Shown here: piece after piece, positions 9,975 to 21,811 of the stretch
Numbering within the stretch: the first letter of the stretch is position 1
Layout: the number at the start of each line of letters is the position of its first letter
Assembly (NCBI GenBank): GCA_025558095.1
Contig: JAIVFI010000023.1
Coordinates: 310,001 to 374,000, forward strand
Direction of reading: 5' to 3'
Length of the DNA stretch: 64,000 bases
Origin: Hyaloraphidium curvatum SAG 235-1
Lineage: Eukaryota; Fungi; Monoblepharomycota
Program-made: the position numbers and the translations under genes
The notes under the pieces: model-generated
The model's input: only the letters and a program-made list of their open reading frames with translations
Told to the model about the DNA's origin: nothing
The model's database searches: none

Positions 9975-12863
9975 ATGGACCCAAAGTCCGGCTTTCCCGC
10001 GGCGATCCGCGATACAGCGGACAAACTCCAAACGCTTCTGAAGGAGCTCGATGAGATGACCCAGGGGTCGGCCAAGAAACGCAAGATGCGCCGCGTTTCG
10101 TACACCTTCGCACCGACCGGAGACGCAATCGAGTCCTTCAGCGTCCCGTTCGAAGACGCGTACAAAAAGGAGGGAAGGCTGCCGAGCCGAGCGAGGGGTC
10201 TTTTCATCCTGCGGACGGACAACGGAGCCCAGATTGTCGTACGCGGCTACGACAAGTTCTTCAATATTGGAGAGACAAAGTGGACTCAGTGGAACAGCCT
10301 CGCCGAATCGACGCGGTAGGAAGGCCGTTCCTTCCCCGTGCGCCGGTCTTCTTATTCCACGTTGTCTTCAAGAGCTCCGTATGAGATGACGCTGAAGGAG
10401 AACGGCTGCATCATCTTTGTTTCCGCACTGAAGGGCCACCTGATTGTCACGTCCAAGCACGCGCTCGGCCAGCCGCACGTAGAAGGGCAACCGTACACGC
10501 ACGCCCAGAAAGGTGCTTGCAGGTGGCGCGTCAGATGAAATTGGTTTGCTCATCGCAACAGGCGAGCAATGGCTTGACATTCATCTGAACAAGGCAGGGA
10601 AGACGAGGGCAGAGTTGACGGCATTCCTGGCCCAACACAATGCTACTGCCGTCTTTGAGGTTAGGGTCATTCATTCACGTTCTACGGGGTCCGCTGGGGC
10701 TCACCTACGGCCGTCCTTTCAGCTGACGGATGATGACTTTGAGGAGCACGTGCTGGAATACCCGCCGGAACGGCGCGGCCTCCACTTGCACGGCATCAAT
10801 TTCAATACGATCGATTTCAAGACCTGGCCCGCAGACTCCATACACCGCTTCGCTGAACAGTTTGGTTTCGTGAAGGTCGGGGTCGTCATGAAGGACAGCT
10901 TGGACGGTGCGTTAAGCAACGTCTCCGTTGCCTCGACTTACTTTCGACGCTTCCCATAGAGGTCAAAGCTCTTGCGGACGAGTGTGCGGAAACGGGATCT
11001 TACGAGCAGAGGCCAATTGAGGGCTTCGTGGTGCGGTGCAAAACGAAGGACTCGAAAGATGAAGACTTTGAGAACTACTTCTTCAAGGTTCGTGCCTTTG
11101 CTCCCTATCTTGGTTCCGGATCTGATCAACACGTTGCCCAGGTCAAGTTCGACGAACCCTACTTGATGTACCGGGAATGGCGGGAAGTGACGAAGCAGCT
11201 GCTCAAGGAGCGCCAGCCTTTCAAGAACTACCGCTACGAGCTAACGTACAAATACGTGGAGTTCGCTCGACGCAAGATGAAGGAGGACCCGGCCCTTTTC
11301 GAAAACTTCCTGCAGAACAAGGGCATCATCCGGGCCCGGAATCTCTTCCTCGAGGAAGCCGGCATATCGAATCCGGAGCGTTACGCACACATGCTGACGG
11401 AGGAGGGCATGAAGCAGGATGCCGCCGCCGCTGCGGAGAACAGGGACTCGGATCAGGACGAGGAGCCCACGGCTGCACGCGCACCTGCAAACGGAGCGGC
11501 GCCCGCAACTCGATCCAAGATTCTTCGCGGATCCAGCAAGACACTGCTGGTCCCGATCGCCTGCATCGGATGCGGCAAGACTACCTTGGGACTTGTTCTG
11601 TCCGCGCTCTATGGGGCGGGTCACGTTCAGGTACAGTTGCCTCCTCGCAGAAAACATCTCGAAGATTAACGTGCGGTCTCGTCCAGAATGACGACATCAC
11701 GGCGAAGAAGAACCCCGCGGACCACTTCAACAAGGCGATTCTGGAGCAGTTTCACGATCGCGACATCGTGTTTGCCGATCGCAACAACCACAAGTCCATT
11801 CACCGGTCGAATCTGTCTCAGACTATCCGAACCGAGCTCCCGGGTTGCAAGATCGTGGCGCTGCATTGGGCCGTCGATCCGAAGCGCGCACAGGAGATCC
11901 TGGACATCACCGTCAAGCGAGTCGTTGACAGGTAGGTTTCGCTTGTCGGATCCGCGGTCTTGTTGCTCACCAGATGCTTCATTCTGCGGCAGGGGAGAGA
12001 ACCATCAGTCGCTGACTCCGGGCCGTACGCAGAACTTCAAGAGCGTGATGAGCAGCTTCATCCGGCAACGAGATCCTCTGGACCTTTCCAGCCCGGCTGA
12101 CAAGCTCATCGACGAGGTCGTCGAGCTCGAAGTCGGAAACTCTGTCGAGGACAACGTCAGAAAGGTCGCCCGGGCACTGGGACTGCGCCAGCCCACGGAC
12201 GAAGAGCTTGCTGCAGCCGTGGGAAAGGCTTTGGAGTACCGTCCGACCGTGATCAAGGAGGTAAAGGGCTCGGCGCCGCAGGGGGCTCCGCGCTATTATG
12301 GTATCCGCTTCGACAATGTGTCCCTGAAGGACCTGCTTGCGTCGCACGTCTTTGGGAACGCTGAGGCTTCCGACCGGTCTTTCTTTGACGCCTTGGTTGA
12401 AGGCAAAAGGATCCCCGACAAGCACCACGTGACGCTGGTTTTCATTGGGGATCTCGCAAAGAAGCTGGGAAAGATGAAGGACTTCTCGAACCTGGATTCC
12501 CTTCCGGAAAAGGAACGCGACAAGGCCCGCCTGTTCCACTACTACCACACCGCGATGCAGGAGCAGCAGTTTCCTCCCTCCGCGAATGGAGCTCAGCCCG
12601 GCGACGGATCGCTAGCAGTGAACATAGAGCTGGACAGAGTGATTTGGGATGGCCGGGTGATGGTGCTCCCCGCGCGCAACTTCCCGCTCGAGAGCGAGAA
12701 CAAGCATCCGCACGTGACGGTAGCGACGGCGGCGGATGAAATCAAGGCCGTCGAGAGCAACCAGCTCTTGCAGGCCATCGAGCGCGGTGATGCGAAGGAG
12801 TGGAAGGAGCTCACTTTCCCGCCGCTACTGCTTCACGGGCATCTGGAGGCCTTCTGGAACTGA
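9975..12863 (+). CDS. TRL1: Fungal tRNA ligase (adenylyltransferase + kinase + cyclic phosphodiesterase), multi-exon
   Basis: Ligase motifs RARGLF, YDKFFNIGE, motif I TLKENG, EGFVVR and FFKVKFDEPYLMYREWRE. Kinase motifs IACIGCGKTT and ADRNNH. 2H phosphoesterase motifs HVTL and HVTV. Confidence 0.95.
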
Positions 12864-12904
12864 TCTGAATGTATTGATCAAGATGCAATGCTAGAGCTTT
12901 GTCT

Positions 12905-15061
12905 CTACTTTTTCGAGGAAGCAGCCGCGGATGTTCGCCTCTGGCCGAGGCTTGCGTCAAACATGGATGATCGCCTCGCCACATAGCTTGATGGTGCAAA
13001 GCTTGGAGCTTTCTCCATGATCTCAAGCACTTCGTAGCTATCCTTCGGGTCACGTGCGGGCGGCCCGGGTGGTGGCCTTGTCGGCACGAAGTCTTTGGGA
13101 GCAGGCGGTGCCCTTGTTTGTGCTGACCATGCGTCCATGGCGGCCCCGTAAGCCACCTTGACCAGCCCCATGAACGGAACAAACATCCCTACGCCCAACA
13201 GAACGGAGAAAAACACCATCTGTGATCGAACGGTGTCCTGGAATCGGTCTACGGCGCTGCCCACGATTCCATGACTGCTATCGTTGGAAGCGCGGCCGAA
13301 CAGGGCCGCTTCGACCCCGTTTTGGAGGGCTGCGGTGTGCAGGGGATCCTGCACGAACCCCGTCAGGTTCACCCTGGGCAGCCCCATGGCCAGGTTCCTC
13401 GTCATGACGTTGGCAAGCATGTCCAGCGCCGTCAACTGGCTCCCGAGGAAGCAACGGAGGAAATCAGCCACGGCGGTCCTGAACCACGGCACGGGCGCCA
13501 GCCCGTCGTTGACGGCCCGGACGACGACGTCCGACACCGATCCCACCGTTGCGTTGATGGTGCGGACCGCGTCGTTGGCCCAGCCGAGAACATTTCGGTT
13601 GAATGATTCCTCCAGGCCGGCGATCGCCACGTTGGAACTGGTTTCGTAGGCACCTGCAGCCGTTGCCAGGGCCAACCCCGCTTTATCGTTCACCTGCTGC
13701 GCAAGGTGCTGCGACTTCGTGCGCATGCGCGCTATAGCTTCGGTACGCAGGTCCTCGGCAAACTTGATCTCCATCGCCGACAAGATGAGTCCCAGAGCTC
13801 CAGCCGAGATGCAGATCAAGGACGGCACGTGCGTAACGTAAGCCAAGTACCATCGGAGCCGGGCTCTGCCGACCCCAGGAGCTTGATCGCTCATCTGAGG
13901 GAAGTATCCGGAGAACCAGCGCGATACGCCATCCAGCCCATGGCATAGAGCCACGCTCAGCCTGTTAGACGATGGCCCCGGCCTCGAAGCAAGGAAGTGG
14001 AGCATTGACACCTTTGCAACCTCGTACGCCACGGACGCCAAAGCCAGCCCGACAATGACCAGCACCGCGACCCTGATGATGCTCAGGGCCGCCTCTCCCA
14101 TCTCGTCGATCCACGATGTGTCGACGCTTGAGCACAGATCCAGGGGTTCCGGCGCGGCGGGCACTGCAACGAGGCTCTGGGGCGCCGCGGCGGACCCGAT
14201 CGACCGGCGGATTTCCCTCTTGAGCATGTCGAATGGCACCGAGATCAGGTCTGTGAACTGCCGTTCAATGTCCTGCAGCGAGGGGATCTGCACGTTGCGG
14301 ATCGCCGCGACGGCCGAGTCGGGGATGCCGGCCTTGAGCCGCAGCAGGCCGTCCCACACTTTGGGGAAGCGAATCATGCTCTCGGCGGTCGTGAAGTTGA
14401 CCTGCACAGGTCGCACACCGATCTGCGTGCCAAAGTTGAGGATGCGGTTGACAAAGTCCTCGAACCCCGACTTGATCGAGCTCTCTGTGGATTGGAGCCA
14501 CACGCCGATGGCGTCAAGGCCCTTGACAAGCTCGTCGGCTATGATGGACACCTGGTCGTTGATCCAGTCGGCGATCACGGCCGCGTACTCCTTCATGGCC
14601 CCCACGGAGGCCGAGACCACGAGGTCGACGGAGCAGACAAACAGCCGCGTGTAGCGCGTGATCACCATGATCAGCAGGAACCTGAGCATGTCCACCGCGG
14701 CAGAGAGCACGCGGATGTACTGCTGGATCGCGCCGGTGATCGCGTCCGCGAGGTGCCTGTTGATCGCCAGCGCGGCCGTCCGGGGGAGCAGGACCGCGGC
14801 ATCTCCTGCGCTTTCCGCGGCATTACACGCGCTTAGCACGGCGGTCTTGGCGGATTTCGTGGCCCGGCGCACGGCATCGGCCTGGTTCCACAGGGTCTGG
14901 GCGCAGAACGCCAGGGCGACGACGAGGTAGCTCACGGCAGCCCGGGACAGCTTGTCGCGCAGGCTGAGCTCGCCGTCCCCGGGCAACGGTGCCGAAGCGG
15001 CCGCCCCATAAGGCGGAAGCAATGCGACGGCCGATTGGCCGGCGTACTGGGACGGTTGCAT
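12905..15061 (-). CDS. PRM1: Plasma membrane fusion protein Prm1 homolog (intronless)
   Basis: N-terminal LSLRDKLS followed by a TM segment, conserved Cys positions (ACNAAES, FVCSVDL, LDLCS, LRCFLG), RWYLAYVTHVPSLICI TM, and large extracellular loops with NxS/T sequons. This matches the Prm1 topology. Confidence 0.82.
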   Translation of the reverse strand: MQPSQYAGQSAVALLPPYGAAASAPLPGDGELSLRDKLSRAAVSYLVVALAFCAQTLWNQADAVRRATKSAKTAVLSACNAAESAGDAAVLLPRTAALAINRHLADAITGAIQQYIRVLSAAVDMLRFLLIMVITRYTRLFVCSVDLVVSASVGAMKEYAAVIADWINDQVSIIADELVKGLDAIGVWLQSTESSIKSGFEDFVNRILNFGTQIGVRPVQVNFTTAESMIRFPKVWDGLLRLKAGIPDSAVAAIRNVQIPSLQDIERQFTDLISVPFDMLKREIRRSIGSAAAPQSLVAVPAAPEPLDLCSSVDTSWIDEMGEAALSIIRVAVLVIVGLALASVAYEVAKVSMLHFLASRPGPSSNRLSVALCHGLDGVSRWFSGYFPQMSDQAPGVGRARLRWYLAYVTHVPSLICISAGALGLILSAMEIKFAEDLRTEAIARMRTKSQHLAQQVNDKAGLALATAAGAYETSSNVAIAGLEESFNRNVLGWANDAVRTINATVGSVSDVVVRAVNDGLAPVPWFRTAVADFLRCFLGSQLTALDMLANVMTRNLAMGLPRVNLTGFVQDPLHTAALQNGVEAALFGRASNDSSHGIVGSAVDRFQDTVRSQMVFFSVLLGVGMFVPFMGLVKVAYGAAMDAWSAQTRAPPAPKDFVPTRPPPGPPARDPKDSYEVLEIMEKAPSFAPSSYVARRSSMFDASLGQRRTSAAASSKK

Positions 15062-15340
15062 CGCGGCGCGGAGAGAATTGCAGGGGTTTGCAATCGGTCG
15101 ATCACGGCTTGTTGACCAGGTGACCAGGTTGCTGACAGCAACCTGTCCCACACCGACTACGCTTCAAGGAGATCGGATGTCGAGCGAAGCTCTTGCAGCC
15201 TTGATTAGCCACCTCGATCAGCATCAGACCAAGCGGGTATCGATTAACATAAACATGCGGCGCTGCGGAAGGCGGCAACCCCAACGGCACTGTGCCACAG
15301 CGTGGAACGTGGGCCGGCCTCACGCCAGCGCCGCCCCGAG

Positions 15341-16297
15341 TTAGCCCAGGTCACGCTTCATCATCTTGACCTCCCAGGCGGCATCATCCCTGACGAAGGC
15401 ATAGAACCCCGAAACCAGCGGGATCGTACTCGCGTGCCACAGCGAGTGGGCATCGAACACGCCCCACAGGGGCGGAAAGTCGAACAGCTCCAGCATCGTC
15501 GCCAGCGAGATGCCGGCCGCCATGGCGGCGATCTTCCACGCGTATGGCCTGTCCCGGTTGGCCCACCACCAGCCGACCCACAGCACGTTGGACGCGGCTC
15601 CGACGACGGCGCAGGCGACCACGTTGTAGGTGTAGTCGAAGCGTTCCAGGCTCGCGAGGTAGCCCACGTGCGCGGCGTAGGCGATCGCGCACGCCCCGGT
15701 CCACGCTGCCCATGCCGCCCGCCTCCGGGGTTCGTACAGTCGGAACACGCGCACGGCGGCGATGTAAGCGGCGTACAAGATTATTGAGGCGGCGGCAAAG
15801 TAGTCAAGCCTCTCCGTGAGGCGGAAGTCGCGCGCGTGGAACACGGCCGACCAGAACCACGCGTTTGCGTTGACGAGGGCGTACACGTCGTACAGCCGGC
15901 GCATGGAGTAGGCGCGGGGCACGTTTCGCACCACTGTTCTGTGTCCGCGCACGTGGCCCCAGCCGTTGAGCACCGAGAACGCGATCGACGCGGGCTCCTG
16001 CAGGCCCAGCAGCCGCGAGAACGGCCACTTGCCAAAGTACTGCTCGACGGGCTCGCCGGTCGCGACCTTTTGCGCCGTGACTTTGTGCATGCAGCGGTAG
16101 CCGCACTCCTCGTCGCACGTCCACCGCAGCAGCCGGCGGTGCAGCGGCGGCCGCACCTCGCCTGGAGTCCCGCACGCGTCGTCGGCGCGGCAGCCCGCCA
16201 CACATTCCGTGTAGACGGGCTCCTGGTCGCCCCACGATGCGGCCACGGGCGCCGCGAGCAGCACGGCCGCCAGCAGGCCCCACGCCAGGCCGCGCAT
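15341..16297 (-). CDS. PER1: Per1/PGAP3 GPI remodelling protein
   Basis: Signal peptide ending at SWGD, then WTCDEECGYRCM, QYFGKWPF, QEPAS, FHARD, TERLDY and LELFDFPPLWGVFDAHSLWH. Confidence 0.95.
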   Translation of the reverse strand: MRGLAWGLLAAVLLAAPVAASWGDQEPVYTECVAGCRADDACGTPGEVRPPLHRRLLRWTCDEECGYRCMHKVTAQKVATGEPVEQYFGKWPFSRLLGLQEPASIAFSVLNGWGHVRGHRTVVRNVPRAYSMRRLYDVYALVNANAWFWSAVFHARDFRLTERLDYFAAASIILYAAYIAAVRVFRLYEPRRRAAWAAWTGACAIAYAAHVGYLASLERFDYTYNVVACAVVGAASNVLWVGWWWANRDRPYAWKIAAMAAGISLATMLELFDFPPLWGVFDAHSLWHASTIPLVSGFYAFVRDDAAWEVKMMKRDLG

Positions 16298-16756
16298 CGC
16301 GGGGCGGGCCGGAGCTTCGAAAATGCTGCGCATCGCATTCAACGATCCCCCGTCAGACCTGGACCTAAGGAGGCAGCTAGCCCGCTTCGGGACTGTTCCA
16401 TCGACATGATTAAATTGCATTTGGCCGACCGATCTCCAGTTTCATTAGTATCCGAGTTGCAGGAGGCAAGCCCACTGTTCCCCGACTCGAGCACTCCGGC
16501 GAGCCATCAGTCCCTCCCGTCCATCCAAGATACAAGTGCTGTGTGTTTTCTTTCGATTCGCTCTCCTTGTCAGGTTACGGAGAAGAAAGGAAAACGGTCA
16601 GTGGGTGGTCGGGCATTGGAGAAGAACGGACGAAAAACAGGCCCGCTCCAGGACCCTTGCGAACGATCTCCCCGGCCAGGGTCCTGCTCCCCGGGCTTAC
16701 TCCGCGACGTCGCCGCTCCCGCCTGTGCGGCCCGTTTCCCCCGACCGACGCCCGCC

Positions 16757-17974
16757 ATGGCGGGGCCGGAGCTGCTGAGCATCCACGTCGCCGACGGCAT
16801 GTCGATCTCCGTGGGCCGGTGCGTTTCCCGCCCCGCCCGCCCCGCCCCGCCCGCTGACGCCCGCGCAGCCACGTCGGCGCCTCGGGCCAGGTCGTGCAGA
16901 ATGCGCACATCATCAAGCTGCAGGGCCAGTGGCAGCTCTTCGTCCAGGACGCCAGCCAACCCTGGAAAACGTACCTAAACGGGCACATGCTCCCCGACAA
17001 CTCGCAGCACTCGATCGCCTCGGGCTCGTTCATATCCTTCTCGAACCAGGAGTTCGGCCGCGGCGGCTTTGACGTCGACAACGGCTGGATCCGCGTTGGC
17101 GAGAACTCGCTCACCATGCAGATGCCCCCCGCCGCCCACGGGATGGGCCACGCCCTGCTCGACGGCCTCCACGCAACGGAGTCCAACTCGGACCTGGGCG
17201 ACGACCACATCCGGCGGCACACGCGGGTGCCGTCGGCCGCCTACCCGGCGAACCCGCAGCAGCAGCAGCTGGCCCAGGCCTACTCGTCGGCGATGCCCGT
17301 CCCGCACGTCATGCCCGGCGAGGACGACCACCGTTCGTCGCCGGTGCAGACCGCCGCGTCCGGGCCCGCCCCGGCGAAGCGGGGCAGGAAGGCTGCGGCA
17401 GCGGACAGGGACACGGACCGCCTGATCAAGGGGAAGAAGATCTACCGCTGCACGGCCGAGTGGACCGACGAAAAGACGGGCGCCGTGGTCAAGTGCACAA
17501 AGACCTTCACCACCAGCGGGCACCTGGCCAGGCACAAGCGGCTGCACGGCGGCGAGAAGCCGTACAAATGCCCGCTGGACGTGTGCAATTCGCGGTTCTC
17601 CAGGCACGGTGGGTTTCTCCTTGCGATGCCCTTCTCGGGGTTGCTGATTTCTTTGACCTCCAGACAACATGAACCAGCACTACCGCGCCCACGCGCGGAA
17701 GCTCGGGATCGAGATCGTGCCTCAGACCGCCCCCTCCTCGAAAAACCAGGAATCGGACGACGATCCCGACGACGACGAGGACGAGGAGGAGGAGGAGGAG
17801 ACGCCGCCGCCGTCTGCCTCGTCGCGCCGCCGGAGGCCAAAGGCCGAGGACCAGGACTACCGCGGGCCCGCCGGGTTCGACGCGCCGCAGGCGGGCAGCG
17901 ACTACTACGGCTCGCCGGCGCCGAATGGAGGCTACTACGATCAGCAGCAGGCGGCTTGGGGGTATGGAGACTGA
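16757..17974 (+). CDS. Transcription factor with an N-terminal FHA-like domain and two Nrg1-type C2H2 zinc fingers (2 introns)
   Basis: Zinc fingers CTKTFTTSGHLARHKRLHGGEKPYKCPLDVCNSRFSRH|DNMNQHYRAH. FHA-like pattern ISVGR...FVQD...TYLNG...GSFISF. Confidence 0.8.
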
Positions 17975-18262
17975 GTGTCTCGTACATTCCCCTTCCTCCA
18001 CCATGTGCGCTGCTTCTGTAGTCGATCGTACCCGCGTCGCCGTTGTAATCATCTGGAGTGCTGTGTCCGCAATGAATCTCTCTGCCTGCTATCAAATCCG
18101 CGGCTCTCAAGCCTTGGCGATGGGAAAGGAGGAGGCGTTTTCGGCGCCCCCATTTTGTGGCGGCGAGAGGGCCGACGCGGTGGCGAATCACCCGAACCGT
18201 TCCGAACTAGCTTTCGTTTCCCGAGCAAAGCATCGCCGCCGGACGGGCACCGGACACGCATC

Positions 18263-19989
18263 ATGACCGATTCATGGACGGCATGGCCTGCCCTGGGGTC
18301 AAACCAGCCCAGCGGCTTCATCCGCAACCTGAGCGGGGCCACGGGCATCAGCACGGACCTTCTGCAGTGCCTGACCGCGATCTTGGCGGCGTATCCCGTG
18401 GCACAGGGATACCGCGTGCTGTTCCTCCACCGCCCGACCGCCGACACCACGCTCCGCAACGCCTACGTCCTCTTCTGCGGCTTCGTCTTGGCGCTGTGGT
18501 TCATGCAGGACTCGCCGGCCGACATTGCGCACTCTCTGCTCTGCATCTGCGGCACGTGGCTCGCCTGCGCGCTGGTCCAGGCCTGGCGGCTGCCCCGCGT
18601 CTACGCCGCCGCGTTCGCATGGATCCTCAACTCCGGATACCTCTTCGTCGGATACTACTACGATAACCTCAAGAGCTCCAGTTACAAGGTGGACTGGCTT
18701 ACGCCTCAGTGCGTTCTCTGCCTCCGGATGATCAGCTTCGCGATGGATTTCATGGACGGGGGCAAGAAGCGCCCCGACGGGCCAGCGCGCGGTACTGGCC
18801 TCACTGAGGATCAGCTCGGGCTCGCCGAGCTTCCTTCGCTGTGGCATACCATGGGCTACGCCTACCACTTTGGCGGCTTCCTCGTCGGCCCGCAGTTCCC
18901 CTACGAGCGGTACCGCCGCTGGCTCACCGGGGAGCTGTTCGCGCTCGATCGCGACGTCAAGGTCCGGGGCAAGGAGATGAAAAAGGGGCAGCACTACGTG
19001 CCCAGCTCTTTCGCCTACGCGGCGCAGTGCTTCGGCTGGGCCGTGCTGAACCTCGGGATGACCCAGCTGGGGAGGGCCTACTTCCCGACCACGTTCCTCG
19101 TCACGCCCGACTACGCCAGGATGTCCTTTGCCGCCAAGCTGGGCTATCTCTGGGTTGCCGGGAAGTTCGCTCTACAGAAGGTGGGCTAGTTTGTGCTGTC
19201 GGTTCCACGTAGATTGATCCGCCACTGCTTCCCAGTACTTGGGCATCTGGAAGCTCTCCGAGGTTCCTTGCGTCATCTCCGGGCTCGTCTACAACGGATA
19301 CAGGGAGGGCAGCACTCCTGCGGGACTGTGGGGCTCTTTGTCCAATATTCGCCTTCCTCAGTACGAAATTCCGTGAGTCAGACTGGGACTAAAGCTTTTT
19401 GGGAAGGGTCCTTATTGGCTTCTCCCTCAGATGGTGTCTCCAGGACATTGTGACGACGTTCAACACCAACACCAACAACTGGTCGAAGATCTACCTCTTC
19501 AAGCGGCTGCGCTTCCTTGGGAGCAAGGAGCTCTCGGCACTCTTCACCCTGATGTACCTGGCCGCGTGGCACGGCTGGCATGTCGGCTACTTCATCTGCT
19601 TTGGGCTGGAGTTTCTGGACATGGAGGCCGAGCGCACGCTCAGGGGAACTTTCGGACCAATCTACAATTGGTTGGAAGGGGAGTTGACCAAGGGGACTGC
19701 CACCGGCTACATCATGTTCCCTGCTTACCGCGTGCTTTGCTGGCTCCTCACGACGTCGGCGCTCTTTTACTCCGCTGGCGTGGCGTTCGATCTGCTGAAG
19801 TGGGACCTGATAAAGGTGGCATACGGGGAGGTGTACTGGATCGGCCACGTCGCCATCTTCGCGGCAGTCGTCATCAGCAAGGTTGCTCGGCCGCTGATCA
19901 AGCATCACCCGGCCTGGGTGTCGCTGAAGGACGTTAAGCAACAGAACGGACAGCAGAACGGACACGCAAAGGAAAAGAAGAGCGAATGA
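18263..19989 (+). CDS. MBOAT lysophospholipid acyltransferase (Ale1/LPCAT3-like), spliced
   Basis: TPQCVLCLRMISFAMDFMDG, GFLVGPQF, FNTNTNNWSKIYLFKRL, and the catalytic LAAWHGWHVGY. Many TM segments. Confidence 0.92.
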
Positions 19990-20174
19990 TCGCCAGCGCA
20001 GTTTAATAGAGAAAAGTCATCAAATCGAAGAAGGAAAGAGGCACACCTGGTCGACCATCCTCCACTTGCACGTTCGCTCGACTACGGTTACCAATAGCCG
20101 CTCGACAGGAGCTTCCCAGCGCTCATCGCCTCGCGGTATCCGCCGCCAGAACACACTAACCAACGGCACGGCAA

Positions 20175-21634
20175 TCATGCCTGAGATTCAAACGCCTGAA
20201 TCTTCGCTGCGACGGTCATCGCCGAAGGCGACATCGCCTGGCTCGTCGCAGCACCGAGATGCTGCGGCACGTATCCGATGGAAGATGAGGACGAGCGTTG
20301 CTGCCCGATCGCGTTCACAAGCGCGTTCTCCCGTATCAGCGCATTCATCCACTCCTCGCTGGCGCCCGGCGGCGACGTTGTGTCCGGCACGTGCATCACC
20401 GACGGGCTGGACGCCAAAACGTTCACACCCGGGGACCTCTGCGGGGCCTCGGCTCCTCCGAGACCCTCCATGGCCTCGCTGGCGGTCTCGTCCGACTGGG
20501 GCGTTCCGCCGCTCCCGCCCTTCGTGCCCTCCAGATCATCGCCACTCGTGGCGATTTGTAAATCCGCGGCGGAGCCACCGCCGACGAGGCCACCGGCGTT
20601 GACGTTCTCCAGAAGGCTCGCGGAGGATTTGTCCTTCAACCAAGCACCCCGCTGATTGCGGCCCTGGCGGAACGACTCGGCGAGCGCCACGAAATCGTTG
20701 TCGTCCATTTCGTTCCTGCGGCGCGACTTTCGCTCCTGGAAAGGCGTTGGCACGTCCGGATTGCGGCTGTCGAGGTCCTCCACAATGTTAAGGTGGCGTG
20801 CGACTAGATGATGTAAAGCCGAGACGCGCACGTCGTCCGGCCCGATAAGGATAGTCGCAGGAGGTTCATAGGTGAGCGAACGACCATCGAGGCAGAACAC
20901 GTTGTACCCACTCTTGATGGCCTTGTATCCCGGTAGGTCCGACTGCGAGCCGCCGCCTCCTTTGTGCTTGAGACTGGCCGAATCGTCCACGGTCGTGTCA
21001 TCTGCACTGTCCTCCCCCCCTTCTTCGGGGCGGCTCGGTCGTGCCCCGCCGACAGTGTGCGTGACCCGGGCAACACCCTTGGACTCGTCGATAATCATGT
21101 CGGTCGACGCCGCTGGAGACGGGGCGGCAGGAGAGCGGTCCAAGAATCGGCAGGTATCGTAGTTCAAGCATCGAATGGCATGGAAATGAGAGTCGCAGAG
21201 TCGGGTCAGCGCCCGGAAGCCGGGGATCGGCGTTGCCACATCGAACGGCGGGACCCACATCGCACAGGGGCGTACACCGACGCCTTCGCCTCCTCCTGCA
21301 CCGCCTCCAGCTGCTTCGAAGAAAGAAGCTCGTCGAACGTGCCCAGGATGTCGTTCAGCATGCCGGAGGCGCGGGTGTCCCTCGATGTTGTGCTGCTGGC
21401 CTTTGAGGGCACCGGCGCGACAACATGCACCGGCGCCGGGGCCCCGGCCGCCGGTGCAGCATCCCTCGGAAGGGTGGCGACAACGGTCACGCCATCGTCG
21501 GATGGCCCCGGCATCGCGTCGAATGGTGACTTAATGAACTGGACGGGCACAGGCGAAGTCGGCCCATCCCGCTTCTTGGACCCGCTCTTCAGCTTTTGCG
21601 CAAACAGCTGCAATTTCGACGATGATGCGCTCAT
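20175..21634 (-). CDS. Hypothetical, largely low-complexity protein (intron about 21258-21115)
   Basis: Two coding-like ORFs join in frame through a GTGGGT...GCTGAC...CTCCAG intron. No family recognised; the true start may lie further upstream. Confidence 0.55.
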
Positions 21635-21811
21635 CGCGCCGACGTGCTTTGCCCCGCCTCCGGGGCCGCCGGCGGCGGATCGGGTGGGTTGTTGGGGACC
21701 CCCGTGCAGTCCACCGCGCCTGCCTCACCCAAACCGGATCATTGCCATTTTGGCCACTTCCGAAACTGCACAGATCAGAGTTTCCAAGGATGCAGCCCCA
21801 TTCTACATACA

